A DNA stretch of 45,963 nucleotides, taken from the IMG/VR virus record IMGVR_UViG_3300047170_000110. The stretch is one strand, 5' to 3'. This DNA is from an uncultured virus (IMG/VR IMGVR_UViG_3300047170_000110). Lineage: Duplodnaviria > Heunggongvirae > Uroviricota > Caudoviricetes. The position numbers and the translations under genes were made by a program. How positions within the stretch are numbered: position 1 is the stretch's first letter; each line of letters starts with the position of its first letter. The notes beneath the pieces were generated by a model. The model was given only the letters and a program-made list of their open reading frames with translations, ran no database searches and was not told where the DNA came from. Positions 45,265 through 45,963 of this stretch are shown piece after piece.

Positions 45265-45510
45265 ATGATCGTTGTAAAAGGTCCGAAATCCACGGCGACG
45301 CAATCGAAGCATAAGCCGTCACGGCCACAATTGCGGGCATGTCCATTTTGCGGAAAGACTCCAAAATGGGTAAGTCACTTCGAGTCTAGTTTTTGGGTGG
45401 AGTGCCAGACTTTTGAATGTTGGATTGTCGGCCCACACGCGCCCGATAGCAACGGAGCAATCCAACGATGGAACCGGCGACCGATTGAAAAATCGCCAGC
45501 CTATGGGTAG
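45265..45510 (+). CDS. Lar-like restriction-alleviation family protein
   Basis: LRACPFCG..VECQTFEC...GP....AIQRWNRR signature. Confidence 0.8.
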   Translation: MIVVKGPKSTATQSKHKPSRPQLRACPFCGKTPKWVSHFESSFWVECQTFECWIVGPHAPDSNGAIQRWNRRPIEKSPAYG

Positions 45511-45524
45511 GAGGGAGTGCAAAG

Positions 45525-45713
45525 ATGGATAGCCCACCAATCAATAGCTACCCGGATGAGGTCACACGCAAGTGGAAAGAGGAACGCGACCGATATAAGG
45601 CGGCGCTGGAAAATATCATTCGTCGCGACGGAGATTTTCCCTACGCAAGAGATGTGAAACAGTTGGCACGCGAAGCGTTGCGATCAGGAGAGGCACACGC
45701 CAAACAAAGATGA
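45525..45713 (+). CDS. small hypothetical protein
   Basis: GGAGGGAG RBS; 'ERDRYKAALENI..AREAL'. Confidence 0.55.
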   Translation: MDSPPINSYPDEVTRKWKEERDRYKAALENIIRRDGDFPYARDVKQLAREALRSGEAHAKQR

Positions 45714-45719
45714 TGCGAA

Positions 45720-45947
45720 ATGACTAAACTAGAGATTGCCATCGAGGCTTTGCGATTTTTGCGCGACGACTACCCGTCCAGTACGCATGTGTGGCAAATT
45801 TGCAACGATGCCTTGGCTAAGATGGAGAAGATGCCCGACGACATTGCGATGGACCCGTTTGAGCGGGATGAACTATCGATTCGCTTATGCCCGCATGGTA
45901 AGGGTGGCGGATTGAACTGCGCAGAATGCAAACCCCAAGGAAAGTAA
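45720..45947 (+). CDS. small hypothetical protein
   Basis: 75 aa; CPHG..CAEC. Confidence 0.55.
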   Translation: MTKLEIAIEALRFLRDDYPSSTHVWQICNDALAKMEKMPDDIAMDPFERDELSIRLCPHGKGGGLNCAECKPQGK

Positions 45948-45963
45948 ACAGTCATGGTTAACA

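Noticed and set aside
1..45963. Genome-wide TAG reassignment (code 15)
   Set aside because: Long genes are intact in code 11 and several genes end at TAG (e.g. 336, 13036, 25766, 34859, convergent 39494-39497). The readthrough extensions I checked do not fuse to downstream ORFs.

Overview
A ~46 kb, GC-rich fragment of a large contractile-tailed (myovirus/jumbo-like) phage genome. Virion genes are scattered rather than clustered: tail tube (1.4-1.9 kb), fiber-like protein, tape measure, frameshifted G/GT tail chaperone, scaffold-like protein, decoration-like protein, major capsid (23.4-24.5 kb), sheath (36.1-39.1 kb) and baseplate spike (41.2-42.8 kb). Many sit behind a recurrent TTA(T/G)TTTT or TTAGTAAAA motif that is probably a late promoter. 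Accessory genes include two homing-type endonucleases, a MoxR/VWA module, GNAT and nucleotidyltransferase proteins, KTSC, SLT and M15 peptidoglycan enzymes, an orphan Xre/MbcA-type antitoxin domain, a Lar-like protein and an IPT/RCC1 surface lipoprotein. The most striking feature is an apparent amber-readthrough-gated operon at 25.77-26.84 kb. It runs from a sigma70-like promoter to a 9-codon leader ORF with an internal TAG, whose final TAA pairs over the RBS of the next gene. A small helical gene follows, then a Pth2-like peptidyl-tRNA hydrolase with TAG at codon 3, then an amber (CUA) suppressor tRNA. TAG is an ordinary stop elsewhere in the window. A second CCA-ending tRNA-like RNA with no 7-nt anticodon loop lies at 1235-1342. 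All product calls come from motif recognition by eye; no database searches were run.
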